Assembly: GCF_021869535.1 (NCBI RefSeq)
Contig: NW_026262723.1
Span: forward strand, 1,612,001-1,676,000
Direction: 5' to 3'
DNA from: Mytilus californianus
Lineage: Eukaryota
Length of the DNA stretch: 64,000 nt
A program made the position numbers and the translations under genes. Positions 27,001 to 37,980 of the stretch are shown here, piece by piece. The stretch's first letter is position 1; each line of letters opens with the position of its first letter. The notes beneath the pieces were generated by a model. That model was not told the origin of the DNA. It made no database searches and was given only the letters and a program-made list of their open reading frames with translations.

Positions 27001-29724
27001 CTGTTATTGTGTTTTGTACTATGGTAAATTTTTGTATTCTTGTCTTTCCTTTTTCATGTTTTTGCTAATGTTTTTTGTCTATATGTCTTTTTGTGTTTCT
27101 TTTTTACATATGACGTGGCTCTGTACTTATACATCCCGTCATTGTGTTATGGTCAATTTTAGTATTCTTGTCTTTCATTTTTGCTTATGTGCTTTGTCTA
27201 TATGCCTTTTTGTATTTCTTTATTATATATTGGTTTGTTTTTATAGTGATTAAGATTATTACACAATGTTGACTGCTGTTCCCCAATTTTTGACATTTTT
27301 ACCTATTGTGTCTGTTTGTTTTGTTCACACATCGTTGTCAATATAATGGAATTGTATGCGACTGCCATACAAGTGGGGGGGGGGGGGGGGGGGTTAAGCT
27401 AGCTGTAAAACAAGGTTTAACGAAGATGTTTTGAATAACTTCTTTATTTAAATGTGATGAAAGAACGATGCATCACAACGACAACTTGTTCTATAATAAA
27501 AATATCCGACAGGTACATTAATTTTGTCCTTCAAAGGTTGTATCACTTATCATGCTTATTGAACGCACACTCTTTTGTAACATTGTTGGAACACATACAG
27601 GATCAATGATGTTTCATTATGCCTGTTTGTTGGATATAAGTAATAAATGATTGATATGAATAAATCGTACAAATCAAGAAAACCTCTAGTGTTTTGATTA
27701 TTGTTAAAATCAGTTTTAAATGATTAATCATGATGATGCTTTCGTAAAAAAATAATCTTGGAGACCAGATCAGAATTAGTTTCAATTTATAACATTCATA
27801 AGGACATTAAAACTTTTTAAAAGTTTGATGCAAGTGAATAGACCGGTGTGCGTAAACACACTGTGGTTAACAATCTTAAGACTTTGTGAAAATAAGATTA
27901 TCAGTAACAATTTTAAAATAAATTTCATTAAGAGATTAACTTTTTTCTGAATACATTTTACATTATATATGAAATAATTTAATATATCGATTTTATACGG
28001 TGTTAATTTGTTTAATCGTTGCACAGTATCCCTTCTTGTCATTTGTTAAGTTAAATATTTATATTTTGTATAATGAACACTTTCATAACGATAAAAATAT
28101 TAACTAATTCCCCTTTAAATCAAGATCACAGGCATAGTGTCACATCTCTTTGTAAGAATTCAAACAACTGTGATGTTATAACTGTAGGCTGGTCGGATAA
28201 ACTTATCACTCGAAATGATATTAAACAGAAGTGTGTCTACTTAATCTGATTAGATTTTTATTTAGATAGTGTACGTTCAGAAGATAATTATTCGTTTACG
28301 AATACCCTGCATTTTGTATGTGTCTTAATTCTTAACGTTCCATTATGACCATTAATTTGACAACTGCATACTATTTAGGAAATCATTTGATCACGGATAG
28401 GGCTCAGTTTAAAAAAAAGACATAATGCTAAATCTGGAGTTTATCGATAAATCAAAGCTATATTTTAGGATTCTTCCATGTACAAGAAAAATGTCTACAA
28501 CTTTATTTGTTGATTGAAAACTGGTTTGAATCTCCTCAAAATGTGTGAATCCTAGTTTAACCAATGATTCATTTAACAAAAGGTTATGTATTACCCCAAC
28601 AAAATAGGGAAAAGGCAATGTCATTTATAATTTAACTTGAAACCATTTTTATCGTTATTTTGTTGTTATCAGAGTGTCTTATACACTCAATAAATAAAGT
28701 AAATATCTGCATATACAAAATTGATAACAAAATATACTTTTAACTGTTAAATTCATTTGTTAATTGTCGTTATTTTATTTGGAAAAATTACACCATTATC
28801 ATCAAATGTATTTATTTTTTTATCAATGTTTTATTGTTCAAAATGACAACAGTCTTAACAACTACGTTTAATTTTTAACGTCTTTAAGGCCACAACAATT
28901 TAATTTCTTGTTCTACGGATTTGTCCACTCCAGAAATTAGTGCGAGCGAGCGTTTTGAAAATTAAAAAAAAAAAAATTACAAATTTTTTAAGAGAAGCTT
29001 CAAAAGTAAAGGCGACCAATTATATATTTTTTTTTTGAAAAATAAAATCATAGGTTCATACAATATTGATCAAGATGGTATGAAATTTGATTTACAACTT
29101 GAACTTTGGCATTTCTTTAATATATCAACTGCTGATGTGTTTTTTTCTGTTCACCAACATGTAATGCCCACTTTTAATTGCATCATATTTATGGCTTCTT
29201 GTATTACTGTTACTTTCTAAGAACATCAGATATCGAACTGAATAATTCAATAATTATTTTAACTGTCTTAAATGATTTTCATTGAACTTTCATAGATGTC
29301 TTTCCTCATTCACAAGACCTGACTTATAATCAGAAACAAGGCGGGTGTCTTGCAAGAAGCAGGAGTTGTTTATCCTTCCCGAACACCTGAGTTCATCCAA
29401 GGTTTCAGGGATTTATTGTGTTCGTTAATGTGTATACTTTTTATTTTTTTGTGTTATACATGTATGTTGGTTGTGTGTTTGTTCGTCGTGACTTTGATAA
29501 GAAATATGTGTTTATGCTCGAGACAGTTTAAAGGATCGCGATTTGACGTCGATTAAAACGATCTGACAATCGCTAATAAATTTAGTAATAATTTAATTTT
29601 GGATGTAACACGTCTTCTGATTGGCTGAAAGTGTTTTGTCTATCAGCTCATAGACATAATTTTGTCATGCGACCGAGACGTTATCAACGTTTTTATCATG
29701 ATTTACTTCTTTTTATAATTAAAT

Positions 29725-29883
29725 TTTAAGAAATGACTTTAATATGTTTTCTGTCTATTCGAAATAACATAAAAAATGTGGTGCACACTTTTAAATAACA
29801 CGCTACGCGGGTTATTCAGTGTGCACCACATTTTTTATGTTATTTCGAATAGACAGAAAACATATTAAAGTCATTTCTTAAAT
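29725..29883. repeat. Near-perfect hairpin (foldback MITE) with a central GCTACGC
   Basis: tttaagaaatgact...tgtggtgcacact is mirrored by agtgtgcaccaca...agtcatttcttaaa. Confidence 0.9.
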
Positions 29884-30683
29884 GTTTACAAAAAAACAGG
29901 CGCGGGAAATACACCCAGTTACATTTCCAGATGCTGGAAGCGGGAATATTAAAAAAAAAAAAAAATTTGTTTAGACAAAAATATTATGGGGACTGGTCTG
30001 TCGAACAAGAAATTTAATTGGTGTGGCCTAACTATATGATTTAAGATGAATAAAAGTAATTAAAGTAAACAGATGTAAACAGATGTAAATCACTGCAAAG
30101 TAATAAAGACATTTTGAAAATTCACATCATCAACATAAGATAAAAATATAATTATCAAAGAGCAATAACCGCAATTTGCCCATTTAGTCGATATGGATTA
30201 CCTCCCATTGTCAAATATTCGAAATAATTCATATAGCGGGGATTCGGGAGAATTTTAGGCGTTTCGTAGAAAATCTGACAGTTGTTCCTAACGCCCTGAT
30301 ATAAACGCCACTCAGAAATAACTTTTTTCTCCGAAGAATTTCCCAAAAATAGTCAAGGGGTCCAAAAAACGAACGAAAAAATTAATTGAAAATCAAAATT
30401 TCTTCTTATATTATGGATTTCCATAATTTTATGAATTACGAAATCTCATAATATAGCAACAAAATTATTCGAATAACTAATATTATTGAATTTCATAATA
30501 ATGTGTTTAATTAGGATATTTCATAATATTATGCAATTTCCTATTTGCCTCGACTGAACAATTTAGAAGCTTTTGTACATTTGTTTTAGGATTAAGTTTT
30601 TCGCCTCTTATGCAAGAATATTAGGAAAATTGATTTGACTTTAATTTTGTATGAAGTAGTACCAATAAATTTTTTTTTTTCAG

Positions 30684-30995
30684 AAGTTCAAGCATGTGAG
30701 AATATATCTTGTTTCATGTGGAGAAAAACAGGCATACAGATATCTATGTCGTGTTATATTAAAAATGTGTATTCATCTATACTTATACTTGATCCCTATA
30801 ACACGACGCAAGCAAATTGTTCAGCATTTAACAACACATTTGTCTGTGATGCACTGCCGGAAATTGGCGCATACTTCAATTCTTTAAAAAATGAAACAGT
30901 TTTACAATGGGATATATCACATGAATTGACAACTGGCAAATGGTTGTGCATTCATGGTGTAGATATAATCGAATTGTACATAAACCCAACAAAAG
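30684..30995 (+). CDS. Gene A exon: atypical Ig-like domain D1 (6 Cys, GxWxCxHG)
   Basis: Acceptor (t)11-cAG, 312-nt open phase 1-1 exon, donor G|GTAAG. The peptide aligns with gene B exon 55118-55438. Confidence 0.9.
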
Positions 30996-31454
30996 GTAAG
31001 ATTAAGGAACATGCGGCGTTGTGTTTTGTAAATAATTGTATAATTACTCAAAAGTTTATATATAAATAATATTCGTACAGTTAAGGAAAATATTACATGT
31101 ATTTGTTCGAGCTTTTCTCCTATATCGAAGCGAGTACAAAGAAAATTTATATTTTCATACATTGAACATATATTGTTTTTACTCTGTAATTTGAAGAAAT
31201 CGAGATGACTTAAGCGCGGACCGCAATGAGGACTCCAAATTAAACTGTGAGTAACTATTCCTCGCAACAGAAGCACGATACCAGGAGACTATAAACGTAT
31301 ACTATTACGTTATTCGATTTGTGTTATCAATACAAATGTATTTGTATATTAGAAAGGTTGTTTTACGGATAACAGATTTTATTTTTTCACCTGTTAATTT
31401 TGTAAGCAGTTCACTGTAATTTAAAATAATGCAGCTTGCTTTCAGTAAGTAAAC

Positions 31455-31650
31455 AAACTCATCAGAGATACCTGAATTACAATTTTGTACGATAATCGCG
31501 CGTTTCGTCTACAAAAGACTCATTTGTGACGCTTGAATCAAAAACATTTAAAAGGCCAAATAAAGTTTGCCGCTGAAGAGCATTAAGGGCCCAAAATTCT
31601 GAGAGGTTTTGCTAAGGTAATCTATTCCTGGGGTAGACATTTCTTAGAAT
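31455..31650 (-). ncRNA. Retrozyme/PLE-associated repeat with a decayed minimal type-I hammerhead ribozyme (family 1)
   Basis: Minus strand reads gcgtca CAAATGA gtcttttgtagac GAAAC gcgc GAT: core and cleavage triplet are both mutated relative to CUGAUGA and GUC. Confidence 0.7.
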
Positions 31651-32264
31651 ATGTAAACAGGTAATTTATATTAAGTATTGTAGTAAGTGATATCAACAAG
31701 TATTAGAGTATCCAATAATCCGTCAATTGATTGGACAAACATGTATTAAATCTTAATCGGGTACTGCCGAAATTGAATTTAAGCGTGCTACTTCCAGTAT
31801 AATGTTCAAAATCTATGATTAGGTCATTCATCAAGATTTGGGCGATTTCAACATTCGTTTAAAAAAAGGGTAGAGTACAGTGACCCTGAAATGTTTTTGT
31901 TTGATTTATTGACTGTTTGGTTTTTTGCAGTGTGCTTAAAAAGTAAAAATAACAAAAATACCGACCTCTAAAGAAAATTCAAAACGGAAAGTCCCTTATC
32001 AAATGACAAAATCAAAAGCTCAAACACATCAAACGAATGGAAAACAACTGCCATATTCCTGACCTGGTACAGGCATTTCCTTATGTAGAAAATGGTGGAA
32101 TAAACCTGGATTATAGCTATCTAAACCTCTCACTTGTATGACAGTCAAATGAATATAGCCAACGTATACTTTTATTTATACTAACTGTGCCAAAACAAAA
32201 TTTGCCTTGTGTTTTTATTTTTTAGACATATTTTATTAAAAAAAGCAAAATTTTGACCTTTCAG

Positions 32265-32621
32265 GCTCACACTTATCTATCAAAATAGGCATGAAAACAG
32301 AAATACAGATAAAAAACGACACGTATTTATTTACTTTCGAATGTAGTTCTTGCCTTACACCTTACGGCAATTCTGTTGAGTTCATATTAAATAACAATAT
32401 TCTGGATGTACTTCGAGAGAACAACAGGAAATGTTATCATAAATCGGGGGAATGCAATTACAAAACTTGTGTATGCTGTAAAGATTCTAATAGATATGTT
32501 TTGAAATATGAACTGCCGACAAAGACACAGATAAGTTCGTCTGGGTGTAGGATGAGATTTAACGATGAAAACCAGCAAGGCCTCGTGGTAAAAGAAGTAC
32601 TTTTACAATTCAACGATCTTG
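32265..32621 (+). CDS. Gene A exon: Ig-like domain D2 with a C-x6-C-x4-C-x-C insertion
   Basis: Acceptor ctttcAG, 357-nt open phase 1-1 exon, donor G|GTAAGT. Homologous to gene B exon 52314-52658 (C.S, V.F..NN, Cys cluster, LKY, C.M.F). Confidence 0.92.
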
Positions 32622-32687
32622 GTAAGTAATTTTTCACGTTAAATGTTTCTGTAAAAAGAACTTTTCGTAAGACAACATTAACTATCT

Positions 32688-32690
<3 letters not shown>

Positions 32691-32734
<44 letters not shown>
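32691..32734 (+). repeat. (CT)22 microsatellite
   Basis: Read directly from the sequence. Confidence 0.95.
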
Positions 32735-32738
<4 letters not shown>

Positions 32739-32938
32739 ATCTATCCACCTATCTTTCTATCTTTCTTAATTTTAATATAGCAACATTATGATTTTTCAAC
32801 ACTTTCTATTCATAAATATAATTGTTGTTATTTGAATTAATTGATTTTGTTAAATATGATCTGTTCGTCTTTTATGTTCATTGGCGTTTACTCGACATTT
32901 TATATTCGTTTACATGCATTACGTAATATTTTAATTAG

Positions 32939-33085
32939 AAAGACACAATTTATCGCTGTTAATCTCCCGTGGAAATGGAACTTACATAGGATTTAAAGAG
33001 TCAGAGATCATATCAACAATAAAAAAATCAACAAAAGAGACAACAGAAAAAATTGAAACTGCACCACCAAACAAGAGTTTTTCAA
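32939..33085 (+). CDS. Gene A exon: Ser/Thr/Glu/Lys-rich stalk (ERHNLSLL...KESEIISTIKKSTKETTEKIETAPPNKSFS)
   Basis: Acceptor ttttaattAG, open phase 1-1 frame, donor A|GTAAGT. An alternative in-frame acceptor exists at 32989/32990. Confidence 0.8.
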
Positions 33086-33629
33086 GTAAGTAATTATTTA
33101 GTTCAAATTTCTATACACATACGTTGAATCTAGAACTCTAAATGTAAGATAAGTATTGGGAATTATTTCAACAGTTAAGTTAGAAATACGATTTACCAGT
33201 CAGTTATGTTTAAAACTTCATGAACGTTTGCAAAAACCAATTATCGAAAAACCTAAACGGCATAATTATTTTGGCGTCCAGTTTATACCTATAATACCTA
33301 AAGAAGGAATTGGACGATTTTTCAGGAAAAGACGTTTGTCCATCTGAACAAAATATAGTTAAAATTGTACAGGTTATAACTGCATTTTTCAGTTTCTGCT
33401 AGCAGGCTTAAAATTTCTTTGCGTTTATTATCGAATGCATTTCGTATGCAAAATTCTCCCAACAGTAGAAAAATTATGAAATTATATATATTTCTTGGCG
33501 AAGACTTATCTAATTGCGTATACCATTCCAGTAAATAAGTAAGTTCTTATTACTATACCTATTGGTTTCAGCAATAACTTGCAATGAATCTGATTACAAG
33601 AAATAAATAATACTGGTATCTATGATGAA

Positions 33630-33707
33630 TGAACTCATCATAGATACCAGAATTAAACTTTTGTACTCCAGACGCGCGTTTCGTCTACAAAAGACCCACC
33701 AGTGACG
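33630..33707 (-). ncRNA. Family-1 minimal hammerhead repeat copy with core mutated to CUGGUGG
   Basis: Minus strand reads cgtca CTGGTGG gtcttttgtagac GAAAC gcgc GTC tgga. Confidence 0.7.
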
Positions 33708-34388
33708 AGTTTATTGATATATTTGAATTCTACCATCCAAATACACAGTCATGTGACTTAGCAGAAGCTTTGTCGTTGCAACAAAAATATCGTTCTCTTC
33801 ATAATTCGTTTTGCTGAGTTTGGTCGGTTCAGATTAATTGGTATCAATATACTTAATGGTTCTGGCAGGGTGGTCGCTTAAAATATGTCATCACATGTAG
33901 ATAGTGTAATATTATAAAATATGTGAACGACATTGAGGAGCTCGTTCATGCTTAATTTTGAAAACAAGTTACATTCTCATTCTGGTTTTGCAGGATCATA
34001 AATGAAAACAATGATGTGTTAAAGACGAAAGGGTAGTTTGCATATAACATAATAAACAAATATTATCCTAATACCCACGGAAATGTATACACCAAAAGAA
34101 TAATCAACCATTTTGACTTCATCGATAAAGAAATGTTTTTGCTTGTTTGTTAGATGACATTTGAAACAGTCCATTAGCATTATTCGATTCATTGACATTT
34201 GACCTTTATTACAAATATCTGGTATATCGCTGTGTATATCCATTTACATACTATAAACTCTAAACTGACAGATTACGCAAGCATTAATTGTAGTATATCT
34301 TAATACATCCACACCAACTTCTGTGTGCAGGATGTATTGTCCTATAGTGTCATTCATACGGTTTAATTTGCATTTTGAAATATTGTAG

Positions 34389-34457
34389 ATTTGTATTTTG
34401 ATTTTGAAAGATCACACATTAGTCCGAAAGGCCATAAGGAATTAAGCTATACTCATG
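34389..34457 (+). CDS. Gene A candidate second stalk exon (NLYFDFERSHISPKGHKELSYTH)
   Basis: Acceptor tattgtAG, 69-nt open phase 1-1 frame, strong donor G|GTAAGT. Confidence 0.55.
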
Positions 34458-35109
34458 GTAAGTGATGGATCATTAGGATTAAGTCTACTGCAAATCACCA
34501 ATAATTTAAATAAAATACGAGAAAGTTCAGATACAAAATATACTGCTTACACATAATGGTCACATAATGTATATCAACGACAGAACATTACAAATAGAAG
34601 TAACATTCACATATGATTTTAATCCCTTTCTATTCGATTTAAGGACATAGATGGTACAAAGAGTTTGAAATCATCACCAATCAATCTAAGTTATTTAATT
34701 TGATTGAATTGCAAACGTATATGGTCATCAAGGTGGATGCGAGAATTAATTTTATAAATTTTACTGTGAATTAAGCTCTGACAAACTAAACAATGCCTAT
34801 AATTGCATAAATGAATTATTTCAATATCATGACCAGTTACATAATTTTTCAAACCACAATATTTTAACAAAAAACAACTAAAACAAACAAACAAGCTTTT
34901 TAGCTTAACATACGGCAATGATTTTTGTTTATTGTCGAAGACGTACGACGATCTATAATTACTTTTATACACATCCTTTGGTCTCTGTTCGACATGTTCG
35001 TGTATCGGAAATCATACCACATCTTTCAATTTTATATCAACAGAAATTTCGAACATTTACAAAGGAATATTTTAACAATTTTATGTGCTGTATAATAACA
35101 CGTATTTTA

Positions 35110-35388
35110 AAGTTCGTTAATTTCGCATTCAGGTATATTCAATTTGATGATATCCTTTCGCTCAATGACAACTTTCAGAGAGTGCTGTATTCTCATGTTT
35201 CGAATATCATATGTCATGATGAACCTACCTTACAAATACCACTGACAATAGAAAGACTGATTCATATTTGTATCTTTTTACTGAAACAAAAAAGTCTTTT
35301 TCGTTCGATAGATGATCAACATGACAGTTTCTTCATTGTTTAATTTCCTGTTATCAGTAATGAAATACCCTCAGTGCCATTGTATGGC
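35110..35388 (+). pseudogene. Older, heavily decayed Penelope-like RT fragment
   Basis: Reads across frameshifts as NFAFRYI(QF)DDILSLND, LTNTTDNRKTDSYLYLF and DQHDSFFIV*FPVISNEIPSVPLYG, paralleling FRYIDDVLSLNN...DTTD...SYLDL...DKRDDFNFPIVNFP...NIP..PAYG. Confidence 0.7.
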
Positions 35389-36400
35389 CTTCAAAAATAT
35401 TGTGATGAAGTATATTCAACCAGTGGTGTCAATCAAATGTGGATTGTCAAAAATTCTAAAGATCTACTGCTAAATCTTAGATCACAATCTCTGTAATTTT
35501 TCATCAACATTAAGACCTTGATTTTTCTACGCTTTACACTACTATTCCCCATGCTCAATTGAAAGATCGACTTCACCATCTCATTCAACAGAGTTTTTTC
35601 TGTAAAAATGGGAATCGTAGATATAAATTTCTTGTTTTGGGTTATACTAATTCTTATTTTGTGAAGAACCACACTGATTCTATCAGAAAATACACTGAAG
35701 ATGATATTATCAAAATGCTGGACTTTTTAATCGACAATATATTTGTTGAGTTTGGAGGATTGATATTTCAACAGACAGTCGGTAATCCAATGGGTATTAA
35801 TTGTGCACCCCTTCTGGCCGATTTGTTTTGTACTCGTGTGAAGCAGAATTCATTCCGAACCTTCTAAAAGACAAAAAGAAAAAGCACCTTGCGAAATTCT
35901 TTAACTTTACTTTCAGATATATTGATGGTGTCCAAACTGAATAACCCATTTTTCAGTCAGTACTTGCATCTCATATATCCCAGTTAACTCGAAATTGAGG
36001 ATACTACCGACACTAGAAGGACTGCTCCACACCTTGCTCTTTTCCTCAATATTGACACAGATGGACGACTTCACACTAAAATCTATGACAAACGGGATGA
36101 TTTCAACTTCCCAATTATCAATTTCCAATTTCTCAGCAGTAACATACCCTCTGCTACGTCGTTTGGTGTTTACATATCTCAATTGATACGTTATGCTCGT
36201 GCATGTTCACACTATACGGATTTCATATACAGGAGTGTGCTCCTTACGCAGGAACTGCTCCAACAGAGTTATGAGGAGGAAAGATTAAAAATGACACTCC
36301 GTAAATTTTATGGACACCATCACGAATTGTTTGATCTATAAGATGTGTCTGTGTCTAAACTAACTAACGACATTTTCACAATTAATGTTAGATTGTGGTT
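35386..36400 (+). pseudogene. 5'-truncated Penelope-like (Naiad/Chlamys-type) reverse transcriptase relic
   Basis: Contains GLQKYC...SGVNQMWIVKNSKDLL, IKTLDFSTLYTTIPH, FQQTVGNPMGINCAPLLADLF, FRYIDG (catalytic YIDD changed to YIDG at 35918-35929), IYDKRDDFNFPIINF, GVYISQLIRYARACS and KFYGHH, with several stops and frameshifts. Confidence 0.92.
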
Positions 36401-37600
36401 TACCATCTACGCCATCTGTCTGCTAAGTACCGAACGTGACCTATTCCCGAATATGACTGTTTTGCCGAGTGTGAATTCGCATTGCTATACGACGTGTCTC
36501 GGTATTTATACATCCAACATTCATGTATTTAGTTATGATGTTTCTTTTGTAATAACGGTTCGATATTGTGTTATGTCTTATCGTTTGTGGTTTGATTCAT
36601 TCTGTATTTTCGGTACATTTCACATATGTCTTATTTTTCAGTATAGTCGAGTTAATTTCCATTTTCCATGGATAAAGTATTGTGTTAGTTCGAATAATTA
36701 TGACGTCGTCACAGCATTAATTTAAAATAGTCTTTCAAGACCGTCATAATCATGATAATTATTTGGACTAGTATTGTGAAAATATTTGTGAATTTTTGGA
36801 TCTCGTTCCATATAATTGTATGAATGTCAAGATTATATATACGTCACAAAAATACGTCACTTGTTGTGGCGTTGATCCATTCATGTGACGTGCAGTTTGT
36901 GGTGTCCTGTGCTGTCGTTAATGGGAGATGTCCGTTGTTTTTCTGCGGTTTACATGTTGTAATGTACTATTATATTATTTATTTATGCATTTCTCTGTGC
37001 TGAGTGTTCTTGTGTTTGTTTGTATTGTATTCCTGTCACGTAGTGTTGTCATTTTAGCGATATGTTTTAACATTCTCATATAAGCGGGAGGTTTGGCTAG
37101 CCAGAAAAACAGGTTCAACCCACCATTTTTTCTTAAAATGTCCTGTACCAAATCAGGAATATGGCAGTTGTTTCTATGTATGTTGGCGTTTGTTTTTGTT
37201 GCAGTTCAGTGTTTCTGTTGTTCCGTTGCTTTTCTCTGATAGTTGATGTGCTTCCCTCGGTTTTAGTTTGTAACCCGGATTTGTTTTCTCTTAATCGATT
37301 TATGACTTTTAAACAGCGGTATACTACTGTTGCCTTTATTTACCTATCTCAATTTATACATTATATGAACATCATTAGCAGGAATGGACTTATAACGCAA
37401 ATCATGCTCCAAATGTTATTAATAAGGACGAGTGAAAGCGATATTATAAATATTTTACTATTACCATCATGAACTGATTTTCATATAATATAGTCTCATG
37501 AATAAACATTTCACACAGTTTAATATAATTTTTCAAAGTAATAATGCTAAAGTATTTCTTCTCCTGCAATATTTATTCATTTTTTTTTCTTTTTCTTTAG

Positions 37601-37686
37601 ATTTTAGAGATATATTTACCAGACTAGCAGTTGGGTTTGCAATTGTAATATTCATCGTGGCATTGGCATGTTGTTGTGTAACATAG
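37601..37686 (+). CDS. Gene A exon: hydrophobic TM/GPI-signal-like segment FRDIFTRLAVGFAIVIFIVALACCCVT* ending at TAG
   Basis: Long polypyrimidine acceptor, phase-1 entry, ~20 hydrophobic residues, CCC, and TAG at 37684-37686. The joined CDS is a multiple of 3 (966 nt, or 1035 nt with the 34389 exon). Confidence 0.88.
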
Positions 37687-37966
37687 GAATGCAAGTACGG
37701 TATATTATATTTTAAAACTGCCACATCGTTGTATAGCTTTGCCTGGTGAATTTTAATGATTTCGACATCTTGTAAATTTGCTTTAATTGTGAATAAAAAC
37801 TTACAAGGAGCTCATAATTTCCTAACAACATAATTGACGGCAATTTTGTTAGTGTAACGAATATAGTAAATGATATTTATACGCCTTTTGTTCTAATAAT
37901 TAGGTAGACTCTTCTAATAGGGCTTGGCCAGTACGTCATCTCAGAACTATTTTTTTCATATTTCAG

Positions 37967-37980
37967 GTATCGAACTAAAA
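37967..37980 (+). pseudogene. Candidate vestigial 14-nt cytoplasmic micro-exon of gene A (GIELK), downstream of the stop
   Basis: Strong acceptor ttttttcatatttcAG and donor GTATGT; phase 1 to 0, as in gene B micro-exon GLDISVDD. Confidence 0.45.

Noticed and set aside
27782-28042. ORF with an Ig-like SLKIVN...HTGLFTC motif as a third paralog exon
   Set aside because: No upstream Cys or Trp, no convincing splice sites, and low-complexity AT-rich coding; likely chance.
31425-31475. Second hammerhead-like core CTGATGA...GAAA on the minus strand
   Set aside because: No proper stem II closing pair, a non-cleavable UG triplet and no stem I.
35386-36400. Selenocysteine-coding Naiad element
   Set aside because: The interruptions I traced are TAA stops and frameshifts rather than conserved in-frame TGA, and I recognised no SECIS.
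37616-37625. Arg before gene A's hydrophobic segment as an FcR-gamma-type adaptor-docking residue (activating receptor)
   Set aside because: Gene B has an Arg at the same TM edge, so it is more likely a shared boundary residue.
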